A DNA stretch of 64,000 nucleotides from Alphaproteobacteria bacterium (GCA_965206075.1 CBDBIS010000005.1:3455813-3519812); one strand, 5' to 3'; numbered from the stretch's first letter, positions 30,701-39,903 are shown. A program made the numbers and translations. Notes: generated by a model not told the origin, from the letters alone.

Positions 30701-32340
30701 TGCCGGTAGATACATGGTTTGATGTTTACCTTCAATATTTTCGGGACAATGAATGGGCTGAAACAATTCCAACGTCGGAGCTGCCGGCAGGCACTACGGC
30801 CGCGAATTTTCGAGATTTCGGTGGCAAACACGGCGAGGCGCCGTATCTGCGACGTATCTCATTTAGAATAGAGCAGGGCAGTTCCAGCGGAGGCGCAACT
30901 GTTACAGTTCTGGATGATGAAGTTGATGAAGGAAACGAGGCGGTGAGGGTCTTTGTGACATTTAGAGACAATGAACATTGGCTAAGTGGTCATCCTGTTT
31001 ACAAATACGATGAAATCACTCGCGAGGGCATTATCAGGAATGCCAGAGACAATCACAATGTAATCATCGAAAACAGCGATCCGCTTCCCAGGGAGTGGTT
31101 GGCCCGTTTCGGTCGGACTGTGGGCTATCAGCTTGTGGATAGCCTGACTGCTCGGCTCGACACCGGGAGCGATCATATGACCGTGGCTGGCGTACGCATC
31201 GGTGAGGCTGTAGCGGGGCGGGAGCAAGGTATGTCGGTAGAAGAAGCGCTGCGTTCCATCAGCTTCCATCTGAGCGGTGGAGATAGCTTGGCTGGCAAGG
31301 CCAAGGTGACAGCATGGGGCTCGGTAGCGCACAGTTCCTTCTCTGGAAAGAGCGATGGCGCGAGAGTGCGTGGGGATGTCACTTCCAACATCGTTGGCTT
31401 CGATACGACATGGCAGCGGTTTCTTGCCGGTGTGATGGTCGCCCATAGTCGGGGCGAAGGACCTTGGAGCGGCCAGACCGATGGGGAGATAAATTCCGAC
31501 TTGATCGGTGTATATCCCTACATGCAAGCCAATACGGATAGTCTATCGGGTTGGGTAATGGCAGGCGCAGCCCACGGCTCGATGGAGATCACGCCCTCCG
31601 GACGGGCGATGCGCAAAGGCGAGGTGGAATTGCAAGTCGCAGCTGCCGGGGCGGCCGCAACAATTCCTGTCCAGGAGCTTGTGGACCTGACGCTCAAGAG
31701 CGATGCGATGTGGGTTGGGATCGAGAGTGGACGGGCAGGAGATGTTGTTCCGACCGAAGCCGACGCGTCTCGCATTCGGGCTCAGCTTGAGGCATCGAGG
31801 ACCTTTGATCTTGCACAAAGTACGATCACCCCATCGCTTGGCTTAGGAGTCCGGCATGAAGAAGGCGATGCCGAAACCGGAACCGGAATTGAATTTCTCG
31901 GCGGAATAGCTGTCGAATATGAACGTTGGCGAGTTAAAGGCAAAGCGCATGTTCTTGTGATTCACCAGGAGTCGAACTACCGGGAACACGGTATCGGCCT
32001 TAATGTAGCCTACGCCGCACAAGACAATGGCGAGGGTATGTCATTCTCGCTGGCTCCACAATACGGTCCGGTCAAAGACGGTCCGGACCTTTGGTCCAAC
32101 AAGCGCCACTTTGGAAATTCGGATCTGGAGGCGCAAATGGCAGCCACCGTATTCTATGGAATCCGTTCGCAGGAGTTTCCCGGGTTGGTCACTCCCAAGG
32201 CAGGAGTCATGTTGGGGCAAATGGACACTTACACCCTGGGCGTTGGTTGGATGATGGCGGCCGGAGCGGACGTAAACCTGGAAACAAGCCGGCGAGAACG
32301 TGAACACGCTGGAATGCTGCGAATTTCGTTCCGCTGGTAG
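27775..32340 (+). CDS. Large autotransporter/adhesin with Calx-beta/Ig-like passenger modules
   Basis: Signal peptide; repeated EG...V, TxDD..E..ETF and I.DND motifs; linker NSDPLPREWLARFGRT; beta-barrel-like C-terminus ending in W; low GC. Confidence 0.85.
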   Translation: MRKIRTYFIASTILCLSTTGAIPVAKAEGPETIPFGAVQITGLTTIMVDNLARDVVNEGSSITVTVRLDENGIRRANDVLIVPFTIEETLAEGATPYQQFVELNHVRDGQYDVMIFPGENSASLTIPTTNTSTYYADAKLRIKFGKDNVFTGGGYNVDWDNSPADIVYQFHIRDSQPPPTPEVEVDHNKVVDSVMVNGVAVSSGTTQTVTEGENIEFKVMLKEAATERVTIPVRVCELFRKDHPSFRWDVDDHYPNCTGIFPSQYSISDSHMPSLSNGGIYYVHIEPNQTLGSLNFQTRDNKHTLYDTVFIFRTAASSTDSLLATTNVDWDSGNSSLLNLRSEKIVRIHDSKRTVNPVVGFCADPHGNVNKNRVEEGSDLRVNICISHPVSTMERNFNITAIVPSVAGSAATDTQATVQDADITDIRHTDRTKVVNFAKNDPIRKTLTIPTVDDRFMERPETFKVVLSTDTPDLAEIQNDTKPFTIIDNDSYADSLRVMDSRGSGGDRRYGIGSTIQIEVQFEGSKQGAGIAGNQVLKFNIEPTGSNDHHYVVPKSRITRTVTDGVETLTVSAGPRWATATITPTGETYAEFVVMDDEAFVGNRAIRFRASLDGKLKNRLARFYAEGRISFVAGGDLTANVLVRGREVAPHDGQRRVGVHVDRTSMEEGSTVPFYVSRNWTGKEYTARFTIEHHIGGVRGANCNDRSGVLCKKQGGLPTGIDIPYAVRFGTQETEKAVNIRTHDNRAPFSKGQHVTLKLELPPTQTPSVKLGTRSVRVEIEDNDAQPEPPGGYRAELLKVAKDCTTDDPNAQVDENGDKPQIPCGPGPTRHRWKESVYAYLYLNAEPSYVSYSEFLFDGASFQEVTAPSIGRYQIPAVTNGHIRAVERMDKGNRVWKLTLRAIDAEKPMTLSVGPKDDDCPTQHSEQAQICFGDRKLSNTQTLTWGRLQYFTVDIPDRVLESGGKIPVTMRSEVTVPVDTWFDVYLQYFRDNEWAETIPTSELPAGTTAANFRDFGGKHGEAPYLRRISFRIEQGSSSGGATVTVLDDEVDEGNEAVRVFVTFRDNEHWLSGHPVYKYDEITREGIIRNARDNHNVIIENSDPLPREWLARFGRTVGYQLVDSLTARLDTGSDHMTVAGVRIGEAVAGREQGMSVEEALRSISFHLSGGDSLAGKAKVTAWGSVAHSSFSGKSDGARVRGDVTSNIVGFDTTWQRFLAGVMVAHSRGEGPWSGQTDGEINSDLIGVYPYMQANTDSLSGWVMAGAAHGSMEITPSGRAMRKGEVELQVAAAGAAATIPVQELVDLTLKSDAMWVGIESGRAGDVVPTEADASRIRAQLEASRTFDLAQSTITPSLGLGVRHEEGDAETGTGIEFLGGIAVEYERWRVKGKAHVLVIHQESNYREHGIGLNVAYAAQDNGEGMSFSLAPQYGPVKDGPDLWSNKRHFGNSDLEAQMAATVFYGIRSQEFPGLVTPKAGVMLGQMDTYTLGVGWMMAAGADVNLETSRREREHAGMLRISFRW

Positions 32341-32406
32341 AGCGAGCTGGGAGACAACCTCCCGATCGGAACGATCGTGAAAAGGTCTGGCGCCGGTTTC
32401 CGGCGT

Positions 32407-32678
32407 TTAGCCCGCATTTCTCACCGGGGTCACGGCCTGCGTCGCTGTCCAGGCGTTCGCTCCGCAAGGAGTGGGCCGAAAAGCGTAGCGGAGCCTACGC
32501 TTGAGGCCCGCGACGCCGCGGGCGGACGCCTGGACGCGACCCGAAGGGCGGCACTGTCGGGCCGGCAGGCTGCGTCGAGCCCCTTGCCCGATGCCCCGCA
32601 TCGCGCGGCGCGGCTCTCCTACCCTGCCGGCCCGACAGCGCCGCGCAGACCATGACCCCGGTGAGAAATGCGGGTTAG
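32407..32678. mobile_element. MITE (family C), 264 bp plus TTAG target duplication
   Basis: Perfect 22-bp TIR CCCGCATTTCTCACCGGGGTCA (32411-32432 / 32653-32674) flanked by TTAG on both sides. Confidence 0.9.
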
Positions 32679-32769
32679 ATGGCGCAGGCTAAAGGTTGCT
32701 TGTTGTGATTGGCGCCGAGTGCGGATTGGCAACTGCGTTCAGGATCGCAAGATCTGTAAACAATGCACA

Positions 32770-33245
32770 ACCGGGTTTTTCGTCCAATGCCGGCATCGCG
32801 GCGAGCGTATCCGGAAGATCGTGGGCGACGCCCGGAGCATGAGCATCGACGAAGCGCGTGCGTCGGCCGTCGAAACGCTTACTGCGGTCAGGCGGGGCGA
32901 GGAAGCTCCGCATCGCCCCGACGAGACCGTCTTTGAGGCCGTCGCCAAAGCCGTGTTCGAGCGCTATTCGCGGCTCTGGAAGGCCGGAACGCTCAAGGTG
33001 AACCGGGGCTATCTTCGCAAGCAGATACTGCCGCATTTCGCGGAACGGCAGATCGCGGAGATCGATCGGCAGGAGGTACGGAACCGGTTCGCCCGCCTGC
33101 ACGCGACGCCCGTCTCCGCAGACCGTTCCATGCCGGTGCTGTCCGTCATCGTGAGGGAGGCGGAATGCATGGCCTGCGCCCCGAGGGCTCCAATCCCTGC
33201 CGGGGCATCCGGCGCTACCGCCGCAAGGGCCGCGAGCGGTTGCGT
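32770..33245 (+). pseudogene. Tyrosine integrase remnant (arm-binding and core-binding domains only)
   Basis: FFVQ...G....MSIDEAR, YLRKQILPHF...IAEIDR, frameshift near 33170 into GSNPCRGIRRYRRKGRER; catalytic domain absent. Confidence 0.8.
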
Positions 33246-33385
33246 GAAGGCATCGCTGGAACGGGTTCGCGATGCCTTCGAGCATCTCTATACGTTCTAC
33301 TGCGAAGGCATGAAGTCGGAGTTTTGACGAGAGAGCGCCGGAGTAGCGGTCCGACCTTTGTCAACTTCCCGGAACGCGATTGCGG

Positions 33386-33508
33386 TCAATACGCCGACCC
33401 GGCCTTCCATTCGCGCGACGATTTGCCGGGGCTCCCCGTCGCCTCCAGAACGACGACCGCCAGCCCCCCGAGAAACACCAGCAGCGCGACGACGACCAGC
33501 CACTCCAT
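33386..33508 (-). CDS. Small single-pass membrane protein (40 aa), absent from the ORF track
   Basis: GGAGG RBS at 33520-33516; MEWLVVVALLVFLGGLAVVVLEATGSPGKSSREWKAGSAY*. Confidence 0.55.
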   Translation of the reverse strand: MEWLVVVALLVFLGGLAVVVLEATGSPGKSSREWKAGSAY

Positions 33509-33563
33509 CACAGGTCCTCCAGTTCGGCGGCTCTCTCGCGATTCCATTGTCAGCCGCGGCGGC

Positions 33564-34616
33564 TCACCGGAAATACGGCGCGATTTCTTCCGTGAAGCGC
33601 GTCATCTGGTCCTTGACCTCTTCATGCGGCTTCAGGCCGTAGTTGAAGTAGAGCACGACCTCGTCGATACCCGCCGTTTCCACCAGTTTGAGGTCTTCGA
33701 TTATCTGCGCGGGCGGGCCGATGAGCACGGAGCGGTTGGTGAGCTTGTCGGGCGACATCTCGCGCAAGAGGCGGCAGATCTCGACGAAATAGCGGTAGCT
33801 GGGCGGTGCGGTCGCCGGGTCGCCGGGGAACGCCGCCACCAGCGCGTCCTGGAAATAGCGTACCAGCGCCTCGCGGCCTCGCAGGTCCTCTTCGGCCGTG
33901 TCGGCGATGTGGATGAAATAGGAGCAGACCGCCCGGCGCGGCGGCCGGGCATGTTCGTCCTCGCAGGTCCGGCGGTAGATTTCCACGGCTTCGGCCAGCG
34001 AGCCGTAAACCATGGCGGCGGCAAAGGGGGCATAGACGACATGCCAGTCGCGCCGCGCCGCCAGTTCCATGCTGGGCCGGGAGAAACAGGCGACATGCGG
34101 CCTCAGCGGCCGCTGCGCCGGCTTCGGGCGCACATCCACATTCTCGAAGCGCCAGAAGCGCCCGTCATGGGAGAAGGGGCCGGTCTCCGTCCAGGCGCGC
34201 CAGACGATGTCCAGCCCTTCGGCGAACGCTTCCGCCGAATCCTCGAACGGCGCGCCGAAGGGTCCGTATTCCAGCCGGTCGTAGCCGCGCCCGGCGGCGA
34301 AATCCACCCGCCCGCCCGAGAGCAGGTCGAGCGTCGCCCAGTCCTCCGCAACCTGCAGCGGATGGTGGACCGGCAGCAGCACCACCGCGGGCGCCAGCCG
34401 GATGCGCGAGGTGGCGCCGGCAAGCTGCGCCAGCAGCATGTGCGGCGAGGCGTTGACGCCCAGCAGGTTGAAATGGTGCTCGCCGATCCAGGCGGAATCG
34501 AGGCCGACGGCCTCCGCGTGGAGCGCCTGCTCGTAGATCTCGCGGACCAGCGTTTCGGCCGAGCGCGTATTGCCGGGATAGCGGTTGTCGGAAAGGGTGA
34601 AGTAGCCGAACTTCAC
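33564..34616 (-). CDS. LLM-class luciferase-like monooxygenase
   Basis: WIGEHHF, HHPLQVAEDWATLDLLSGGRVDF.GRG motifs. Confidence 0.92.
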   Translation of the reverse strand: MKFGYFTLSDNRYPGNTRSAETLVREIYEQALHAEAVGLDSAWIGEHHFNLLGVNASPHMLLAQLAGATSRIRLAPAVVLLPVHHPLQVAEDWATLDLLSGGRVDFAAGRGYDRLEYGPFGAPFEDSAEAFAEGLDIVWRAWTETGPFSHDGRFWRFENVDVRPKPAQRPLRPHVACFSRPSMELAARRDWHVVYAPFAAAMVYGSLAEAVEIYRRTCEDEHARPPRRAVCSYFIHIADTAEEDLRGREALVRYFQDALVAAFPGDPATAPPSYRYFVEICRLLREMSPDKLTNRSVLIGPPAQIIEDLKLVETAGIDEVVLYFNYGLKPHEEVKDQMTRFTEEIAPYFR

Positions 34617-34623
34617 GGGGAGG

Positions 34624-35523
34624 CTACGGCGCGCCGGTGCGGGCCCGGATGAAGGCCGCCGCCTCGTCTATGCCCTCGCTCGCGCGGTCGAGCAGGCGGT
34701 CGAACCAGTGCCAGACATGGATCATCTCGTCCGCCACGGTGAGCTGCACCTCGATGCCTGCCCGGCGGGCGGCCTCCGCCAGCGAGACCGAATCGTCCAG
34801 CAGCACCTCCTCGCTGCCGACCTGTATCAGCAGTGGCGGCAGGCCCTCCAGATCGGCATAGAGCGGCGAGGCCCAGGGATGGCGGCGGTCCGTGTCGTCG
34901 CCGAGATAGACGCCTGTCCAGCGTTCGATCTGGTCCTTCTTCACCATCGGGTCGGATTCGGCCTTGGCCGCATAGGAGCCGGCTTCGAGCGTCATGTCGG
35001 TCCAGGGGGAGATGCAAAGCCCGCCCGCCGGCATGGGAAGCCCGTCGTCCCGCGCCTTGACCAGCGTTGCGACGGTGAGGCCGCCGCCCGCCGAGTCGCC
35101 GCCGATGGCGGCGCGGGCCGGGTCGATGCCGCTCTCCAGCAATCCCTGCCAGGCGGCCGCGCCGTCTTCCACGGCGGCGGGAAAGGGATGCTCCGGGGCC
35201 AGCCGGTAGTCGGCCGAGAAGGCGTGCACGCCGGCGCCGGCCGCCAGCGCCGCGACCATGTGCCGGTGCGAGCGCGTGGAGCCCAGCACATAGCCGCCGC
35301 CGTGGAAGTAAAGCAGCGCCCGGTCGGGATCGGCGCCCTCGGGCCGCAGCCACTCGCCCGGAACGCCGCCGAGCGTTCCCGGCTCGCGGGCGACGGTCTC
35401 CGGCAGCGGGAATATCTCGACCGCGCGGTCGTATTCATCCCGAAGATCGGCAATGGCGGCGGTCGCGCCGTCAGGCCGCTCGGCCAGCTTTACCCGCAAT
35501 GCGGCAATCGAACGGTCTTTCAT
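34624..35523 (-). CDS. HSL-family esterase/lactone hydrolase
   Basis: HGGGY, DYRLAPEHPFPAA, GDSAGG, HVW motifs. Confidence 0.92.
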   Translation of the reverse strand: MKDRSIAALRVKLAERPDGATAAIADLRDEYDRAVEIFPLPETVAREPGTLGGVPGEWLRPEGADPDRALLYFHGGGYVLGSTRSHRHMVAALAAGAGVHAFSADYRLAPEHPFPAAVEDGAAAWQGLLESGIDPARAAIGGDSAGGGLTVATLVKARDDGLPMPAGGLCISPWTDMTLEAGSYAAKAESDPMVKKDQIERWTGVYLGDDTDRRHPWASPLYADLEGLPPLLIQVGSEEVLLDDSVSLAEAARRAGIEVQLTVADEMIHVWHWFDRLLDRASEGIDEAAAFIRARTGAP

Positions 35524-35545
35524 GGGATCGTTCCCTTCCGGCTTG

Positions 35546-35803
35546 TCAGCCGCCTTCCAGCTTCGGGATGAAGAACACCTCGCCGCCGGGCGGCACGGGC
35601 TGGAAATAGGCGGTCTCGTGCATCATGCCGTCGATGGCGACGGTGGTTTCCTCCACCAGGCGTTCGCCCAGGCCCGGAAAGCGCTCGTTCATCGCGCGGA
35701 TGACATCGCGCAACAGCCGCGCCTCGACCTCGAATTCGCGCACGCCCCCGGTGAAGGCGCGCGCGAACCCTTCGGTGAACCGTACCTGGACGGTCGGACC
35801 CAT
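35546..35803 (-). CDS. MoaD/ThiS-family ubiquitin-like protein
   Basis: 85 aa ending in ...IPKLEGG. Confidence 0.85.
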   Translation of the reverse strand: MGPTVQVRFTEGFARAFTGGVREFEVEARLLRDVIRAMNERFPGLGERLVEETTVAIDGMMHETAYFQPVPPGGEVFFIPKLEGG

Positions 35804-35816
35804 GAAGGCCCCGGCC

Positions 35817-38099
35817 TCAGTCGTCGCCGTCCGCCCCGTTCGCGTCCATGGCGGCAAGGAGCCTCGGCGGGGACATCGGCAGTTCGTACATCCGCGTGCC
35901 GACCGCCCCGTCGATGGCGTTGGCGATGGCGGCCATGGGCGGGCAGATATTCACCTCGCCGACGCCCTTCACGCCGTAGGGATGGCTCGGATTGGGGACC
36001 TCGACCAGAACCGCGTCGATCATCGGCAGGTCGGACGCCACCGGCACCCGGTAGTCGAGGAAACCCGGATTCTCCAGCCGGCCCTTGTCGTCGTAGATAT
36101 ATTCCTCGTTGAGCGCCCAGCCGATGCCCTGCACGACGCCGCCCTGGATCTGGCCCTCGACATAGGAGGGATGGATCGCGCGCCCGACATCCTGAGCTGC
36201 GATGAAGCGCAGGATCTGGACGTGGCCCGTCTCGGGATCGACCTCGATATCGCAGAACTGGCTGGAGAAGCCCGGCGCCTGCGCGCCGGCATTGGTGGTG
36301 CCGGCCGCGCCGATGGGCCCGCCCGTGAGCGCCCGCTTGGCCGCGAGCTCGCCGATGGTGAGCGGCTCGAAATCGCCGACATTGGCGCCTGCGGGATGGG
36401 CGGCGCCGTCCCGCCATTCCACGGCTTCGACATCGACATCCCAAATCATCGCGGCGCGCTGGCGGAGATCGTCGATCACCTTGTTGCAGGCCTGGTGGAC
36501 GGCGATGCCCGTCGCGAAGGTCACGCGACTGCCGCCGGTGACATGCGTGTAGCCGACCGAGGCCGTGTCGGAGACGACGCAGCGTACCTTGTCGTAATCG
36601 ACGCCGAAGGTCTCCGCCGCCATCAGCGCCATGCTGGCGCGCGACCCGCCGACATCGACGCTGCCGCTGCCGACGATCACCGTGCCGTCGTCGTTCACAT
36701 GGACGGTCGCGCTCGATTCGCCGCCGCCGTTGAACCAGAAGCCCGACGCCACGCCCCGGCCCTGGTTCGGCCCGATGGGCTTCTTGTAGTCGGGGTGCTC
36801 CATGAGCGCTTCCAGCGTCTCGACATAGCCGTCGTGGCTGAGCTTCGGCCCATAGACCATCTGGGTGCCCTGGCGGGCGGCGTTCTTCAGCCGGAACGCC
36901 ACCGGGTCCATGCCGACCTTCTTCGCCAGCATGTCCAGCACGCTCTCGACGCCGAAGGCCGAGATCGGCGAGCCGGGCGCGCGGTAGGCCGCCGCCTTCG
37001 GGCGGTTGCACACCACATCGTAGCCGACCGCGCGCGCATTCTCGATGTCGTAGGGCGCGAAGGCACACATGCAGGCATTCATCACCGGCGAGCCGGGAAA
37101 GGCGCCCGCCTGGAAGTTGAAGGTGGCGTCGGCGGCGGTGATCCTGCCGTCACCGGTGCAACCGATCCTGACGCTCATCGAGGCGCCGGAAGTCGGGCCC
37201 GTGGCCTTGAACACTTCCTCGCGCGTCATCTGCATGCGCACGGGCTGGCTGCATTTCCGCGAGAGCGCGGCCGCCAGCGGCTCCAGATAGACGATGGTCT
37301 TGCCGCCGAAGCCGCCGCCGATCTCCAGCGCCGTCGCGCGGATGTCGCCGGGGCTGATGCCGAGCAGCTTGGCGGTCATGGCGCGGACCACGAAGTGGCC
37401 CTGGCTCGACGACCAGATCTCGCCCTGCCCGTCGGCGTCGAAGCGCGCCATGCAGGCGTGGGTTTCGATATAGCCCTGGTGGACCGGTGCGGTCTTGAAG
37501 CTCTTCTCGACAATGTGGTCGGCCGCTGCAAAGCCGGCTTCGAGGTCGCCGATGCCGAATTCGAGCCGCTTGGAAATGTTGGAAGCCTTGTCGGGCGCGG
37601 GCTCGATGCCACGCGGAATCATGTCCTCGAACAGAAGCGGCGCGTCCGGTTTCATCGCCTCGTCCACGTCGATCACATGCGGTAGCACCTCGTAATCGAC
37701 CTCGATGAGCGAGACGGCTTCCTCGGCGACGGCCGCACTCGCCGCGGCCACGGCGGCGACCGCATGGCCCTCATAGAGCGCCTTCTCGCGCGCCATGATG
37801 TTGCGGGTGATGTGCCAGAAATTCTGCGCGACCCGCTCCGGGCCGAGATAGGCGAACGGGTGGTCCGGGAAGTCGGCGGAGGTCACCACCGCCTTGACGC
37901 CGGGCAGGGCCTCGGCCTTCGAGGTGTCGATGCTCCGGATGCGCGCATGGGCGTGGGGGCTGCGCAGCACCTTGCCGATCAGCTCGCCGGGCAGCCGGTA
38001 ATCGGCGCCGTACTGGGCGCGGCCGGTGACTTTCGGCACGCCGTCCGGACGGACGGGGCGGGTGCCAACCCATTTGAACTCTTTCGCTTCGGCGCTCAT
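35817..38099 (-). CDS. Xanthine dehydrogenase-family molybdopterin-binding subunit
   Basis: KVTGRAQY, RSPHAHARI, IGGGFGGK, AYRAPG, GQIQGGVVQGIG, KGVGE motifs. Confidence 0.93.
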   Translation of the reverse strand: MSAEAKEFKWVGTRPVRPDGVPKVTGRAQYGADYRLPGELIGKVLRSPHAHARIRSIDTSKAEALPGVKAVVTSADFPDHPFAYLGPERVAQNFWHITRNIMAREKALYEGHAVAAVAAASAAVAEEAVSLIEVDYEVLPHVIDVDEAMKPDAPLLFEDMIPRGIEPAPDKASNISKRLEFGIGDLEAGFAAADHIVEKSFKTAPVHQGYIETHACMARFDADGQGEIWSSSQGHFVVRAMTAKLLGISPGDIRATALEIGGGFGGKTIVYLEPLAAALSRKCSQPVRMQMTREEVFKATGPTSGASMSVRIGCTGDGRITAADATFNFQAGAFPGSPVMNACMCAFAPYDIENARAVGYDVVCNRPKAAAYRAPGSPISAFGVESVLDMLAKKVGMDPVAFRLKNAARQGTQMVYGPKLSHDGYVETLEALMEHPDYKKPIGPNQGRGVASGFWFNGGGESSATVHVNDDGTVIVGSGSVDVGGSRASMALMAAETFGVDYDKVRCVVSDTASVGYTHVTGGSRVTFATGIAVHQACNKVIDDLRQRAAMIWDVDVEAVEWRDGAAHPAGANVGDFEPLTIGELAAKRALTGGPIGAAGTTNAGAQAPGFSSQFCDIEVDPETGHVQILRFIAAQDVGRAIHPSYVEGQIQGGVVQGIGWALNEEYIYDDKGRLENPGFLDYRVPVASDLPMIDAVLVEVPNPSHPYGVKGVGEVNICPPMAAIANAIDGAVGTRMYELPMSPPRLLAAMDANGADGDD

Positions 38100-38204
38100 C
38101 CACAGGGTCTCCAGAATCGGGGCGGAACGGTCCCGCCTATGCAAGCCCATCCGGCGGCCGCGCGCAAGTGCAGGTGAGCGACAGCCGGATGCTTGCGATG
38201 ATAC

Positions 38205-38699
38205 TCACGGCCCGCGCCATCCCGTCGAAAAGTCGAGCCTGCGCAGAAACTCGAAGGTGTTGCACGAGGGCACGCCAAGATCCCGGCATACATCGGGAAT
38301 ATGCCGATTTGCCCGCGTCCTTGACGGTTTCGACGCCTCTGTCGTGACTACGCATCGTTGGCCCGGAACCGCGAGAGCATGAGCAACAAGAAACGGATCG
38401 CGTCCCATCTTGGTAATCTCCTCATCGGTCAATTCATCTGCGTAGCCCTGTCGGATGACGTCGCCGACCAGGTCGGGACGAACGGACTCACTCAATAGCA
38501 TGTGTCGTTTGCAGTCCCTCAGCCAGTCCGACAAGGGATCACGGCCTTCCGCTAATTCCTCATAAATTTCCTCGGGAATCTTGGCTTTTCCCTGTTCTCA
38601 AATGTAAGTAAGCCAAGATCAAAATTCGGGGACGCGAGAAACAGGATAGTAATCCCGGTTGGCATCGATCAGCACGTTGGCATCGAGAAGATAAAGCAA
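38205..38699 (-). pseudogene. DUF4411-like PIN-domain toxin with two in-frame TGA codons
   Basis: MLYLLDANVLIDANRDYYPVSRVPEF*SWLTYI*EQGK...DPFLVAHA...VVTTE...IPDVC; stops at 38619-38621 and 38598-38600. Confidence 0.85.
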
Positions 38700-38709
38700 T
38701 AGTTGATCT

Positions 38710-39903
38710 CTATATCAATCTTCCCGGTTCCACCAATGCCTGGACGTTTTTGGGATTTACACCGAGGATGGTAGCGGCTTTGGATGTCGTCAGTGCCTTC
38801 GCGTCCAGCATGCGTCGTGCAAGATCGATCATTGCATTCCCGATTCGATGCCGTCTCACAACGTAGTAGGAGGGGCCTCCTTCCCGCTCGTTGGCTCGAG
38901 CGCGCTGGGCTGCGCGTGTTCCATGCCAATGCGCACGAAACATTTTGGTGAGTTCACTATAGGTTTGTTGTTCAATGACACCGGCTCGCAAGACGGCGTA
39001 TGCGACCATACTGCGGCTCAGGTGGCGAGGCTTTGCGAAGGAAGCGATGATTTCAGCAGTAGTGTCCAGTCCGGCCGACCGATCGACGTCCAGTTGTTCC
39101 AACTCTGCCGCGGGCAGCAGAAAGGCGCTGGCGACATCGTTGCAGAACCTCTCGACCCGGCTTTCGGCCCGAAGACCGCTTACGCCCGTCTGCCCCAGGA
39201 GCAAGTGCGTCAGTTCATGCAGCAACGTAAAGGACCATGCCGATTGGCTGTCGCGGTCATTGATAACGACAAACGGAACAATATCGTCCGCGATCGCGAA
39301 ACCGCGAAATGTTTCCACTTCGATGGCGGTGTGATGACTGCCAAGATCGCCTTTGAGCAACACAAAAACGCCGGCGGCTTCAGCGCGCTCTCGTAACAGC
39401 CCGAAAGCGGCTCTGGCGGTCTGACGACTGCGGTAGTCCCGGTGATCCAAGCCGAGCAGCTTGCGCAGCGATTCAACGGCCGCCGTCACGCCATCGGCCA
39501 TCGTGCGAGCGCCGATAAATGGTAAGGACTCGGTCTCCTCTTCCTCTTCGAGCAAACAACGCACCATGCTCTGGCGGGTTCTGACATCCCGAAGAAGCGC
39601 ATCCAACAGAGCTTCGCCCGCCGCGGAGCGGTCGCCGGGCAGGGAGCGGAAATCGACGCCGCGATCTGGCTTTCGGGGCGGGGAGCGGAGATAGAATGTG
39701 AGAAGCGGGCGCCGATACTGCTTCGCCATCTTGACCAGAAGGGGCCGCGTCGGCTGGTTTTCACCGGCTTCGAGCGCGGCCAGTCGATGCGCTGCTGCGA
39801 CGCCTCGCGCGTCGCGAATGCCGAGCTTGCGCACTGCTTCCTCGCGCGTCAGCCCTGCTGTTCTGCGCGCCCAGGTCAATATCTGGGGGTTCACTTCCGT
39901 CAT
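38710..39903 (-). CDS. XRE-HTH plus ImmA/IrrE metallopeptidase
   Basis: VNPQILTWARRTAGL HTH; FTLLHELTH zinc motif; ERFCNDVASAFLLP. Confidence 0.92.
   Translation of the reverse strand: MTEVNPQILTWARRTAGLTREEAVRKLGIRDARGVAAAHRLAALEAGENQPTRPLLVKMAKQYRRPLLTFYLRSPPRKPDRGVDFRSLPGDRSAAGEALLDALLRDVRTRQSMVRCLLEEEEETESLPFIGARTMADGVTAAVESLRKLLGLDHRDYRSRQTARAAFGLLRERAEAAGVFVLLKGDLGSHHTAIEVETFRGFAIADDIVPFVVINDRDSQSAWSFTLLHELTHLLLGQTGVSGLRAESRVERFCNDVASAFLLPAAELEQLDVDRSAGLDTTAEIIASFAKPRHLSRSMVAYAVLRAGVIEQQTYSELTKMFRAHWHGTRAAQRARANEREGGPSYYVVRRHRIGNAMIDLARRMLDAKALTTSKAATILGVNPKNVQALVEPGRLI

Noticed and set aside
38598-38621. Selenocysteine or genome-wide TGA recoding
   Set aside because: Positions correspond to W and G rather than C, and TGA is a normal stop for many genes in this window
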